NCBI RefSeq assembly: GCF_001194135.2
Contig: NC_068994.1
Location: 48,254,549 to 48,318,548, forward strand
DNA from: Octopus bimaculoides
Taxonomy: Eukaryota
Direction of reading: 5' to 3'
Length of the DNA stretch: 64,000 nt
Shown here: positions 1 through 13,040 of the stretch, one piece after another
Layout of the letters: every line of letters begins with the position of its first letter
Position numbering within the stretch: the stretch's first letter is position 1
The notes under the pieces: model-generated
What the model was told of the DNA's origin: nothing
What the model saw: the letters and a program-made list of their open reading frames with translations, nothing else
Databases searched by the model: none
Translations under genes and position numbers: made by a program

Positions 1-362
1 ACCACATGATTCTCAGTTCAGTCCCACTGCTGGGCAAGTGTCTTCTACTATAGCCTCAGGAGTGGATTTGGTAAATGGAAACTGAAAGAAACCTGTCGTG
101 TATATATATGTATGTATGTACTAGACCAGTTGTTCCCAAACTTTTTAGAGACATGACCTACTATTTATGACACCAGTTTATGGCGACTCACTTAACTCTA
201 CTGGGTAAAAACATTAATGAAAGAAACAAATTTACTCATATCCCATTCCCAAGAAGTAAAATAGGACACATTACAGCATGTTTCCAAAGATCAAGTATTA
301 TCCCTATAAGAGAGAGAGAGAGAGAGAGATATTTTAATTACCAATTATTTTTCTACTTTCAG

Positions 363-459
363 CTGTAGGAAAAACCAGTCTTATCATTCGTTATGTTGGC
401 GGCATATTCAGCAAGCACGTCAGTCCAACGATAGGGGCCTCATTTTTCACACATAAGTT
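363..459 (+). CDS. Rab GTPase (RabX1-like, Rab5/22 group), first visible coding exon; the start exon lies upstream of the window
   Basis: Acceptor tttcAG at 361-362, donor GTaagt at 460. Encodes (A)VGKTSLIIRYVGGIFSKHVSPTIGASFFTHK(L), the end of the P-loop plus switch I TIGASF. The phase joins the next exon. Confidence 0.93.
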
Positions 460-879
460 GTAAGTTATTTTTTGGATTCTCTACTTTTTCACATTTGTTA
501 ATGTTTACATTGGTGTTGTTATTTTCTTTTACTTCTTTTCTTACTTTAGTATTGTGGTGTGTGATTAATATTGTAAGAACCAAGTTTTACAAATGAAATG
601 ACAATTGTAATATATATATATATATAATTAATTACTAAAAATCAATACCACACTTTCTAATTCATTGTTAATTCATAGAGAGGAAGTTCAGCAAAAACAG
701 CATTTACAGCTGATCAGACAATGAAATGTTGGCTTTCCTGTGTTGCTTACCATCAGCTCTTGTCCTGTGATGCATTTTTTAATGACTTAGTCAGAGGAAG
801 AAAGGAAACACTCTGTGACCTTTTGAAGGACATTTCAGACTGGTGGTGGGAAAAGTGGGGAAGAAACCATGCGATAGGC

Positions 880-1175
880 ATTGCTGATTTGTTGAGGATT
901 TCACTTAGCAATCACATGGTTTCTGTTTCAGTCCCACTGCATGGCACCTTGAACAAGTGTCTTCTACTATAGCTCTGGGCCAACCAATACTTTGCCTTGT
1001 GAGTGAATTTGATAGACAGAAACTGTGTGGAAGCTTGTCATGTATAAGTGTGTGTTTGTGTCTGTCCAACCTCCTTGTATTGCTTGACTGTTTGGTGTTG
1101 GTTTGTTTATGTCCCTGTAACATATAGGTTCAGCAAAAGAGACCAATAGAATAAGTACCACACTTTACAGAATAA
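880..1175 (+). mobile_element. SINE family 1 copy
   Basis: cacatggtttctgtttcagtcccactgcatggcacc...gaataagtacc matches other copies; a partial copy also lies at 1-110. Confidence 0.8.
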
Positions 1176-1968
1176 ATACTGAAATAATTTGAAATTCTTC
1201 TTTGGTAATTGATACCTGCCTTGTAGTGATCTGATTCAAAAAGGTTCACTGTCTTATTGTTATGCTGTATTGCTTCTTAAATAGTTTATAGAAATGGCTT
1301 CTTGCTTAATGACTTGCCAGATTCCTTTTTTTTTTTCTGCAAAGGGAGTCACTTTTCTTGATATCATCTTATATAGACATATACCACACACACCATAGCT
1401 CATCTTCTCTACCTTTGGCACATTGAAGGCAAATCAAGCGCTTTAAGTCTAGCCACACATGTATGCAAGCATTGATCCTGTTTCAGCCTACATCTTTGCA
1501 AGGATTACCACATTGTGCAGTTTAGTGAGAAAATTAAGTTTGATTGCAATCTAAACAGAGATAAGGATTCACAGATACAAGTGTGTGCAGATAAACAACT
1601 GAATGCTATGTATCCTCAGATGAGAGAGAAATTTTCCTCTGGCCAGAATATAATTCAATCCTTCACTGGCTTCAGTCGTTGGACAAACTTGAAAACTAGT
1701 GTTGATTTTATGGACTTCTTTTTTTTTACCTAAAGTCACTGCTTTACTCACATAACACCATCAACTAAACAAATAAAAGGGTTCTGTTATCCTGAGCCAA
1801 ACAGGTTCTGAACCTTTGTTAAAGTCATCATTTGTCTTTTTTTATATTTCATGTTATATTTTATTCTAATTCCAACAATTTTTTGCTGTATTTTTCTTTG
1901 CATTTTTCTTTTATTATTTTTTATTAATTAATTTACTAATTAGTTAATTTTAATTATGCATTTTGTAG

Positions 1969-2038
1969 GACTCTGGACAAATATAGAATTAAGCTACAAG
2001 TTTGGGATACTGCCGGACAGGAACGATTTCGCTCCATG
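1969..2038 (+). CDS. Rab GTPase internal exon (G3 motif)
   Basis: ttttgtAG / GTaaaa boundaries. Encodes TLDKYRIKLQVWDTAGQERFRSM. Confidence 0.95.
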
Positions 2039-3505
2039 GTAAAATTTTCTTATCCTTATCAATGCATGTGTGTATTGAGTCCTCTTTTCATGTATATCCC
2101 TTCCTCACTTCACCACAACACTATACAATTTCAGCTAAATGTACTACGTTCTTTAGCTGTTTAGCGAGTTTTTAGCCCACTAATTTAATATAATGTTCGG
2201 TCATCCTTCTTTAGCTGTAGGAATTAATCCAGTGAGGAACAACAGCAACTCGTATGAGTTTTCGAAGACTTCATGTACATGGAGTGTTTATTCCGATCCG
2301 GAATGAGAGCATTTTGCACAGCTTGTATATTAACATTCAACAGAACAGAATGGAAGTTGAATAAGAAAAGGCTTTTGCCATGCCGCCTTCCATGAATGGT
2401 ATAGAGGATTTAACAAAATTCAAATCAACGCAGAGTTGTCCCGTAGCAGGAACAGAGATGTATAAGACGTAGTTAGCTGCAGGCCACGTGGGAGAGGAGA
2501 AGAGGATGTTACTTGGCTGTGCGCGTCTTTTTAATGTCTGTCTAAAGAGTGCCATCTAGTTGTTAACGATGTGACAGGGGAGATAACTCTAGATGACTCT
2601 CATTAAAACCTGACGACACTGGATTCAAATAAGGTTGCCTACAGCTGCAACCTGCTCCCTCAAAGTATGGGATCTTGTGCATCATCATTATCGTTTAACA
2701 TCCATTATCCATGCTGGCATGAGTTGGACGCTTTGACCAGAGCTGGCAAGCTAGGGAGCTGCACAAGATTCCAATCTTCCAGTAGATAGATATTCTGGAT
2801 AGGATGCAGGGATGGCTCCAGACTGGAGATGCAATGTAAGTAAGGTAGTTTGATTGGCATGCCTCGAAAAACATGTAAAAATTATAATAATTCATACAGT
2901 TGCTCCTCTTCTCTCTCATCCATATATCATCCCAGTCTCTGTTTCACTTATTTTACGCACCCCTCAATCTATCTACCAACTTTGATTGTGTATCTGCCTA
3001 TCTGTTTGTCCATCTAACCACCAACCGACTAACCAACTTATTCTCTCCACCCACCAATACCACTCAGCTGGTTTACCAAGCTTTCTATTCATAGAAATAA
3101 ACTTAGAGTTGACTCATGCTGAACTTAGCTCAAATATTTTCTCCCTTTCCTTCTTTTCTCAAGCAGAGTACCTTAAATTAAACCTTTAATTGCCCTCTTC
3201 TTTCACTTGAATCTAAACCATAAGCTAATACTTGCTGTCTCTTGAATTTTTGTTTTTACTAACAACACTTCAACTGATCCTTTTGCAAACTTTTACACAG
3301 ATTCCTTTAAAACCCTAAAGCTGACTCCTTCCAAGTTACTCTTTGTTTGAACTTTACAGTAACTCCTTTTTTTTTAATCCTGGATTGAACCCCGTGTGTT
3401 TAATTTCAAATTAGCTCCTTCCTTGTCTTGGACAGTAAGTTGATTTTTTGTGTTGAACATGAAGACCTGAAGCTAATCTCTTGTATTGAAACTCTTCTTC
3501 CACAG

Positions 3506-3599
3506 GCCCCTATGTATTATAGAAAGGCTAATGCTGCATTACTGATGTATGATATCACATGTAAAGATAGCTATTATGAAATCAAGGACTGGGTCAAAG
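3506..3599 (+). CDS. Rab GTPase internal exon
   Basis: ccacAG / GTaaga boundaries. Encodes APMYYRKANAALLMYDITCKDSYYEIKDWVK; APMYYR is typical of the Rab5/22 group. Confidence 0.95.
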
Positions 3600-4305
3600 G
3601 TAAGACACAAACCTTTTATAATTTGTGTGTGAGTAGGTGTTTAATTTTAGATTTTAGTTAATTTTGTAAAATTGCATTTTTATCCCTTTGCATTTTAAAT
3701 TGAAACCTGCCAGTGTTGAATTTGCTTTCATCCATCTTTGTGGGGTGAAGTGAGTTGAGGTTTGGTAAGATAAAAGATTGAACTACCAGTGTTAGATATA
3801 CTATGTCTGAAAACAAATAAAAAAAGATAAGAGGGGTCCTGACTATAATATGGTTGGTCATAAGCCTGCTTGATCAGAGCTGATCTGTAGCTAAACAACC
3901 TGGATAAAAATATGTGCCAACAAAGGAACTGCTATGCAGATGCATGACATATGGGAAATAGCAACCAAATCTCCCTCAGATCACACCATATTATCTTTAT
4001 GAAGGAAAGACACATTAAGTAATGTTGTTCTTGGTATACAAAGTTTAGAAAGATGGGGTGGTCTGCTGAATAAGGGATGAACTGAGGCTAAAGAGTAAGA
4101 ATAACCAAAGACTTTTGATAGAAAACATTGTTCCAAAAATGTATATTAAATGTCTAAATTTGTGCAAAGTGGAGAAATGATTTAATGAGATTAATAACAA
4201 ACAAAGAATAAAGGAATTATAGAAAAAAAACATCTATACAGCTATGTATTAATGGTTTATATTTGATTGTAACTCTTGACTTTTTTTTTTACCTTTTATT
4301 TTCAG

Positions 4306-4335
4306 AGTTGAATAAAAATGTTGATACACCTATAG
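4306..4335 (+). CDS. Rab GTPase 30-nt exon
   Basis: Polypyrimidine tract, ttttcAG / GTaagt boundaries. Encodes (E)LNKNVDTPI. Phase 1/1 fits the flanking exons. Confidence 0.9.
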
Positions 4336-4877
4336 GTAAGTACTAAGCGTATCGTTGACGCATTCCTTTTATGCTTTTTTGTATAATGTTTTGTTGGAGT
4401 ATTTAAGATATTGGCAGGCTTATATTGTTAGAAGTTCAGGTATTGACATGTTCATTGATATTCCATTCAGGTGGATTTATTTTAGGTGTAACATACAAAG
4501 GGGAGCATTTTGAAATACCTTGCTGGAAAGTGTGGAGTTACAGTGAATGAATGGTTAAGGTGTGTTGATATTGTAATTCCTTTCATTGGACATTACATGG
4601 GGATGCATCACAGGTGCTATCCATGGCAAGAAAACATCTTAAGACATGAGTAGAATATCTTATTACATGTGAATTCACCTGTGACATGGGGATTGCTTAG
4701 TAGTCCCACAGGTACAACTTGTATGATAAAGACACGCTACATAGTATTGGGAATACCCTGTACCGTTGGAATCCTTATTGCATAAAAATCCATATTTAAA
4801 CATGCTAATTTCCTTACTTTTCTTCTTCTACCTCTATATATTTCCTTATTACTTTTTCATTCTTCTTCTCCTTGCAG

Positions 4878-5003
4878 TGCTGTGCCTTCTTGGGAACAAA
4901 CAGGATCTGGAACACCAAAGAAGAGTATCCTCGGCGGAAGCCCAACAATATGCCAAATCCATTGGAGCATACTTCTTTGAGACATCAGCATTATTTAATA
5001 CAG
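4878..5003 (+). CDS. Rab GTPase internal exon (G4/G5 motifs)
   Basis: cttgcAG / GTacac boundaries. Encodes (V)LCLLGNKQDLEHQRRVSSAEAQQYAKSIGAYFFETSALFNT. Confidence 0.95.
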
Positions 5004-5689
5004 GTACACTTGAAGACCTTGTTCAACATTAATATCCAAACTTTTTTACCACTTTTACTGCAGTATCTGTTACATACGCATACAAATAGCAAAGTCCCTA
5101 AAGTAATATTTAAGGAAGCCTAAATAGATAAATGGAGGGAAACCCCCTTCTAGTAGTGAGGTCTTAGCTGGGGAGCCCACTAAACCACTACCCTGTTTCT
5201 ATTGTGTGATCAGTAAGCTGTATCAGGCCACAGCAGAACAGCAGCTAATTCGCATAGTTGGGGACATCATGGATCTGTTATATGCCCAGTATGTCAGGTA
5301 AACCCACAAAACATACGCTGTCTAAACCCATGGTTCTCAACCTTTTTAATATCCAGGCCAGATCTAAAACCTGGATTTTTTTAGGTGCTACACCAAAAAA
5401 AGTAAAGCACAAGTCAATTAAAGAAAAATTTATTATATTTTTAGAGGGGAGACCATCGAGGGCTGCCAGTAGGATGCTTGAGGGCCACGTGTGGCCACAT
5501 GAGGGCCACTTGGGAGCTGCCGTTGGACTTAGCCCACATGGTTGATAATAATTATGATAATAATTATATGATTGTATTAGTTATTATGTATTTAGTTCTT
5601 TAGGAGATTTTTCGGTGAATTAAACAACTGCTAGTTTTTTAAATATTTTTTGTCATTTGTTTAATGCTCTTTTTTTTTTTTTTGTATAG

Positions 5690-5859
5690 GTATTGATGAA
5701 ACATTTTTGAAATTAGCTCAAGGCCTCATCGAATTAAGTGAAAAACCAAACTCTGGACTAAAAGTTCATAGTTCTCCCTCTTTTGAAGGATATGAAACAA
5801 ACAACACAGTGCAATTGGACAAATCAAAACCCGATGATGAGACTAATTGCGCCTGCTGA
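5690..5859 (+). CDS. Rab GTPase last coding exon with CxC prenylation motif
   Basis: T-rich acceptor ending tatAG. Encodes (G)IDETFLKLAQGLIELSEKPNSGLKVHSSPSFEGYETNNTVQLDKSKPDDETNCAC then TGA at 5857-5859. Confidence 0.93.
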
Positions 5860-7579
5860 ACTTAAACAATTACCAATTATTACAGTAAATATAATCGAGT
5901 CGAGATTGACAGGTGGTAATTGACTAACATATTGACATAGACTAGACACAAATTTGAAGGCAAACGAAACATAAAATACATTGACAAAAAAGATCCTTTT
6001 GATGCTGAATCTAACTATACCAAACAATTGTATAGAGGCTTCCTTGGAGTTAATGAAAGAACTGTAAAGTAATCACCAACCTACAGGCAATACCCTACAA
6101 GCCTCACAAAGCAAGAACACACTGGATGATGAAGTTCAATGTACACTATACCTGTATAAAAGATGGGCTGATCACATCTGGAATATCTTTAATCACAGGT
6201 CTGCTTGATCAGGGTTAAACAACATATGCTAGCATATGCCCCATTAACAAATCATCTGCCTTCACTTTTTTCCTTTTTTTTTTATTACCAAAATGACTCT
6301 TTCCAACAAATTGTTGATTGTCACAAATAACTTTGTATCCCTGTGACTATATATTTTAATATGCTGTCAATTTTCCAAGACTAACATATATATATATAAA
6401 TAATACAAAATGGGACATATATATATATATATATACATACATAGAAGTAATTAATCTCCATGCTGATCAGGCACTTTTGATGTGGTGCAGGGAATATAAA
6501 TAAACAGACACCCAAACATAAAATACACTCACATACACACATTTGCAGTATCATTACTGTTATACACTTAATTCCATCCACTGCCCTCTCTCACTCACAA
6601 AATACATTCACACATGTATATACCTCTGTATTCCTATACACAAATACATATATGCATGCATACAAATACACACATGCATACCCATACATACATTTAAACC
6701 TGTAGTTTCCTCCTATCATCTATTTTATTACCTTATTGCTTTTCTATTTAAGTAGAATCTACTGAGCCACTCTATATTTGCGATATGGTAGTATGTGATA
6801 GGAACTACTAAGGACAATAATATAGGAACTTAGTTAACCCATATTCATGCCAAAATATCAGTAGATTATACATGTAACGTTTTTGTGTGTCTGTGTGTGT
6901 GAGTAAAGAGAAACAAAGGAAGGTTTTTAATTATTATATATTTTATACATATAATTGGTTTCACAAACAGAAGAAAGTTGACTATTTTCTTTTTAGCTGA
7001 GAAGCTCCAAGAGATTCTGGAGTTTTATGCCAATGCACTTATCAAAGTTTGATAAGCACATTAGTGTGAAACTCTAGAGGGACCTGGAACCTGTTGGCTA
7101 CTAGTGGTTAGGGTGTTTGGTTTACAGTTGTAATGTTGTGGGTTCAACCTCTGGATCATGTGGTACTTTGTGTCCTTGTGAGTGGTACTTCATTTCATGT
7201 TGCTCCAGTCTACACAGCTGAAAGTGAGTACCAGCCTTGTGCTGGTGCAGTTCCCTCTCTCTCTCTAGTTGTCACATCCTGGGTATGCCCCTGGATGATA
7301 GAGAGGGAGAGTTGAGGGGGTATCTATGTGAGCTTGTAAAGAATTTAAAACAATTGGTGGAAGCATGGTACAAACTATTCTATATTTTTAGAATGAGGAA
7401 TTATGTGCATTACTTACAATGGACAGATAGGAGTCCTCATCTTGTTTGTTAACACAATGTTTCAGCTGATGTACTCTCCAGCCTTCATCAAGTGTTGTGG
7501 TGGACCTATCTGCCCATTGTAAATAATGGGCATGGTACATGCTACCAAGCCCTACTCATATATGGGTGACACTTGGCTC

Positions 7580-7618
<39 letters not shown>

Positions 7619-7659
7619 GCATACATATACTATATTTTTGTAAGGAAAATATTTGACAC

Positions 7660-7990
7660 AGACATGGCTGTGTGGTAAGAATTTTGCTTCCCAACCACGT
7701 GGTTCCAGGTTCAGTCCCACTGTGACACCTCCTACAAGTGTCTTCTTCAGCCAAAGCCTTGTGAATAGATTTGGTTGGCAGAAACTGAAAGAAGCCTGTC
7801 ATGTGTGTGTGTAGGTGTGTCTGTATTTGTCCCTCACCACTGCTTCGTTACCAGTGTTGGTGTGTTTACATCCCCATAACTAAGCAGTTCGGAAAAAGAT
7901 ACTGATAGTATAAGTACCAGACTTAAAGAAAATAAGCTCATCTAAAAACTCTTTAAGGTGATGCCCCCAAAATGACCTCAGTCTAACGAC
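7660..7990 (+). mobile_element. SINE family 1 copy
   Basis: ggctgtgtggtaagaattttgcttcccaaccacgtggttccaggttcagtcccactg plus the shared body. Confidence 0.8.
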
Positions 7991-10694
7991 CGACTGTGTA
8001 ACCATGATTGGACTTGATCATAATATAATTAAAAGTTGTAAGAGAGCAGTATCCATGAAGTTGGATAAGTTAAGAGGTATATACTGAATATCATACTCAA
8101 ATTTTTAATTTATTGAAATTCACCGCTGCAACAGGCAAGGGAGATAAATTTATTTGGTGGCAACTGTTAAGAGCTCTAAAGCAAGGGGACATAATTTCAT
8201 GAACTCCAATTCTCCGTTGGAATTGTTTGATGAAGAGAGATAACTAAAACATAGTGTTTCACTTTGACCTCAACTGCATAGTATAGCCTTAATTCTGCTA
8301 CCAAATCACTTGTAGACAATTTTGTATATACAAAAAGAATCTAGTATATTTTTGTTCAAGGGGGATTTCCATAATTAAAAACTAAAACGAACAAATTCAA
8401 AGGAGACAGTGGCATGGATTAGGATAATTAACTTAAAATGGTGATACACTGAATGCTATATTCATCAAATTCTTAATTTCTTGAAATTTTCCTTAAAGAC
8501 TAAGAAAGAAAACTAAAAACTAGCAGAAATTGTTAGTAACTCTGAAGAAGGAGGGGAGATAATTTCAAGACTATATTTCTGACTCATTTAACATGCTTGG
8601 GAAGTCTAAGCTCTCTATAGTGGTTGTGATTGAATCAGCCTTTAAGCCAAGGATTACTTCCCTTTTGTTCCTTATGAAACAAAGAACTTGGGTTGGTAGA
8701 AGTGGCTAAAATCCCTTGAACCGAGCTTCAGTTCAATTACTAAAACCAATATAAAAGAGTTTAACTTCAGCTGCAAACTTCATTAAGCTTTTATTCCCAT
8801 GAGTTAGCTTCAATTGCTTTATTTTAGGGGTCAGAGTGAATGTTTAAATTCATGCTAGCAAAGCTCAGTGTGGTTAACTCAAGTGAGTGAATGTTTAAAT
8901 GCAGTTCATAAAATTTAATAAGTAAAAGTAAAACAACTACCTAAATATAACTTTAGATTAATAATTCTAACTTCAAATCCACTGCAAGCATTTTGCTGTT
9001 TTGTAGGGCTGTACACATGATTCCTAGAACCACAGTTTTCCTACATTAATCTATGGTAGACAGGTTTCCTTTCCTTGAAGACAGTTATCTTACTCATCTC
9101 CTTCACATCACAAAACCAAGACCAAAATACTGGTCCTCAAAAATTCTGCTGAAATTTTTACATTTAATTGGCCCAAATACAAACCAACAAGGAAACCTTT
9201 AAGTAGTCATTCAATCTGCTAGAAATATCAACTAAATTTCCCTTGAATCACATCCTACCATCTTTAATTAAAGGTGGATACAGTGGATTACTAACTTTAT
9301 AGGGACATTTATCAATCAACCCTCATGATATTTAGCAGTCATATTCCACTATTAGATAACCAAAATACTTTGTCAACGAGCCAGTCCAGCTGGTTATAAA
9401 ATAGGTACCGCATGTTAGAATGGCTGGGTCCCACTGATGTAAGCAGTGGCAATAATGTTATATTACCTTTGAATATTATTTTCTTCGGTTCATAGTGCTA
9501 CAGTGTTCATGTGGTGGTGCATACTGTTAGTCCTAAGGACATGGTTCAAACTTCAGCTCTGCTTCAGAATAGGGACAAAGTGAATAGTCCCTGCTGCCAT
9601 TTTCTCCCTATTTGCACACAACTCTGTATATTCACTGCTTATTGTGTCACTTTCTCCTATTATGACAAATCCTGTACATTATATAATCAGAAATCAAGGA
9701 CTGAATTACTTTAGGAATCCATAAATCTTCTACATTCTGAAAATTGCCAAATTCTTTACAAAAAAAAAATTTTTTTTTTTTTTGCATAACTGAAGAAAAA
9801 ACTTCATTTATGGGGTTTTTTTAAAAGGAAAAAAGAAAGAACAAATATATATATATTGTTTCTATTTTGTCATTTTGTTATTTTTATTTTATCAAAATGG
9901 CTGTGAAGTATTGACCTACTAAGTTCAAACTCATTATCTGAATGTCTGAGATGCTAGACTAACAGCCTTAACATCTGATATTTAAATCTACACATTTCAA
10001 ATAGTTTGATCTTGATCAAGATTAGGTGTCTTATTCTTGGATGTGCACATGGTCTGAAACAAGATTAAAATAAGGATCCTTTATTAGTACCATTACTTTA
10101 GAAATAAAGTTTCTTGGATCAAATCCAAACCAGTCCTATGTTTTCTATACCCATATCAAGGAATAAAATAAAAGATAATGATTTGAGGGCTAATCAACCA
10201 AGGTGCAGAGTAGCTGTAAGATTTGTTTAAACAGTCAAAAGTATGGCTTTATGGTAAGAAGCTGTGTTACCTTTGGCAAGTGTCTTCTGCTATGGCCTTG
10301 AGTTGACCAAAGCCTTTTAAGTGGATTCAGTTGAAACCAATAATAGAGCTATCCTGCAATATGAAGGCTTATGGCCTAGTGGTCAGGATCTTGTACTCAA
10401 GATCATAAGATTGTGGTTTTGATTACCGGATTAGATGGCGTGTTGCATTCTTCATTTCATAATGCTCCAGTCCACTTAGCTGGCACAACTGAACCCCACA
10501 AATAGCTGGGGAGTTGACCCTACAATGGATCAATATCCCATTCAGCAGAGTGTTGTAATCCCAGTCACTTATATGCCAAGGAAATTGGGTAAAAGCTCCA
10601 GCTTTCTGAGTCCTTAGTCTCATGACAGACCTAAATTTATCTTGCAATGCCACTACTGAAATAAAAACCAATACACCCAAGGAAGACACTAATA

Positions 10695-12450
10695 ATAATG
10701 GTTTCAAATTTTGGCGCAGGGCCAGCAAGTTCAAAGGGGTGGGTAAGTCAATTACATTGACTCCAGTGCTGAACTGGTATTTATTTTATCGATCCTCAAA
10801 GAACAAAAGGCAAAGTCAACCTCGACAGAATTTGAACTCCGAATTTAAAGATTGATGAAATGCCACAAAGCATTTTGCCTGGCGTACTAACGATTCTGCC
10901 AGCCTGCTGCCTTGAAGACTAATAATCCTTTCTATTATAGGTTCAATAGCTGAAATTTGTGGGGAGGGGAACATCAACTCCAGTGTTTCACTGGTACTTA
11001 ATTTATCGATCCCCGGAAGAATTTAAACTCAGAACATAGCAATAGGTGAAACATCACTAAGCATTTTGCCTGGCATGCTAACAATTCTACCAGCTCACTG
11101 CCTTACCTTGAAGACTAATAATAATGACAATTTTTAGCATTCATACAGGATTACAAATTTGGTGGGAAAGTAGCTAGTAATTCAAACCAGTACTCAGAGA
11201 ATTAACCTCAACAGGATTTTAATTTAGAATATAAAACCATTGCCCATAAATTTTAACAAAAAGTCTTATGTGGACCTATAAGGGCCATACAGACCCCAGT
11301 TGAGATCTACTGTCATAGATGAATTGTTCACCTTGTAGATAATGGAGTGCATAACCAAACCAACAGAGGTGCCATTCGAGCAAGTCTCAAACAGCTACGT
11401 TTGATAGGAGTTGATGTTTAGCTTGAACTTTTGCTTCTTCAGCCTCAAATAAATAGTGACATTACAGTAAAACTCAAATTATCTGTTAACAAGTCAGCAA
11501 TGTGGTATATTAAGACTGAATATTGGTTACAAATTTTGGCACAAAGCCATCAATTTTGAGGAAGTGAGTCAATTACATTGACCCCAGTGCTCAACTGGGA
11601 TTCATTTTAGCGACCCCAAAAGGATGAAAGGCAAAGTTGACCCAGGTGGAAGAACATAAAGGCAGATAAAATACCACCAAGCATTTTGCCCAGCAGGCTA
11701 AAAACTCTGCCAGCTCCCCACCTTGTTAATACTGAATTAATACACATTTAAACAGAATCTTTTTATAATAAATTGCGAGCGAGTTCGTTGCCAGTCCGCC
11801 GAACTGGCTCCTGTGCAGGTGGCACATAAAATACACCATTTTGAGCGTAGCTGTTGCCAGTACCTCCTGACTGGCCTTCATGCCGGTGGCATGTAAAAGC
11901 ACCCACTACACTCTCAGAGTGGTTGGCGTTAGGAAGGGCATCCAGCTGTAGAAACTCTGCCAAATCAGATTGGAGCCTGGTGTAGCCATCTGGTTCACCA
12001 GTCCTCAGTCAAATCGTCCAACCCATGCTAGCATGGAAAGCAGACCTTAAACGATGATGATGATGCAATAAAGTGTATATAGAGAAAACATTTATAATCA
12101 AAACTTACATTAGCCACTGAGAGATGGCTAACTGCAGAACTGTTTTACCTCTAACAAAGGTTGTTTAGTTTAGACAGTTGGCTTATCTCATTTGCAATAT
12201 CAGTATGTTCTGGCAGTAAAAGGAAAAGATACTTCTTTAACCTTCAAAGTCTAACTGTAGTTTAATATGGAATAATTCTTTTCTGATATGGGCACAAAGC
12301 CTGAAAACTTGTGGGAGTACATTGACCTCAGTATTCAATAGCTACTATTTTATTGATCCCGAAACAAGGAAACAAAGTCAAACTGGGTAGAATTTGAACT
12401 TGGAACATGAAGACATGCTACCAATTCTGTCACCTCACTGCCTTGAAAAC
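10695..12450 (-). mobile_element. Stack of SINE family 2 copies in the same orientation (10695-10915, 10927-11106, about 11140-11230, 11520-11725, 12280-12450)
   Basis: Repeated ttttatcgaccc...gatgaaaggcaaagtcaacc...gaatttgaactc...gcattttgcc...ttctgccagc. The tRNA-like head reads on the - strand. Confidence 0.8.
11770..12066 (+). mobile_element. RTE-type 3'UTR/tail fragment ending in (ATG)n
   Basis: gagtggttggcgttaggaagggcatccagctgtagaaac...ccatgctagcatggaaag...ttaaacgatgatgatg. The same tail ends the RTE at 52445. Other copies at 2685-2870 (-), 13041-13145 (-), 16440-16585 (+), 32030-32095 (+), 50790-50910 (-). Confidence 0.75.
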
Positions 12451-12616
12451 ATGGAATAATAAAATCAAAAGATCCAGTCATTGGTAATGTGAAAAAGCTA
12501 GCAATAAAGATCAAGTAGAGAGCATAAGTTTCCTACACTGTCTGGCATGTCATTTAATGAGTTTATGATTTTTCAAACAAGCAAACAAAAACATGTTATT
12601 TTTACAGTGGAGAAAC

Positions 12617-12622
12617 TTTATT
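12617..12622 (-). terminator. Candidate polyadenylation signal for isoform 3b
   Basis: First visible AATAAA on - downstream of the 3b stop, with ATTAAA at 12674-12679. An N-gap near 13345-13477 could hide an earlier signal. Confidence 0.4.
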
Positions 12623-12684
12623 TTTTAAAAACATACATTTTATCATGAAATGGTGATGTAGGTGCATGTGTTTTTTAATGCCTG

Positions 12685-12918
12685 TATATATATATATATA
12701 TAATGTACACATATATATATTGATATGCACATATATATGTATACACATACATATTGATATGCATATGCATGTATATATATACATACATAGACACACACAT
12801 ATATATATATACTTACATGTACATACGCACACATGTATATATACTTACATGTACATACACACACATATATACTTACATATACATAGACATATATACTTAC
12901 ATATACATGCACACACAT

Positions 12919-12952
<34 letters not shown>

Positions 12953-13040
12953 ATACACACACATACATATACATACACACACATACTTACATATACATAC
13001 ATATAGATACATATACATATATATATATATATATATATAT
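12685..13040. repeat. Compound (TA)n/(TACA)n microsatellite
   Basis: Directly visible; source of several spurious Y/I/H/T-rich ORFs. Confidence 0.95.

Noticed and set aside
180-368. ORF MATHLTLLG as the Rab start exon
   Set aside because: Splicing at G|GTAAAA would not supply the first Gly of the GxxxxGKT loop, and the region resembles a hAT-MITE remnant. The true first exon is upstream of the window.
10423-10855. 103-aa and 77-aa ORFs between the Rab and p24 genes
   Set aside because: They overlap SINE sequence and show no protein motifs.
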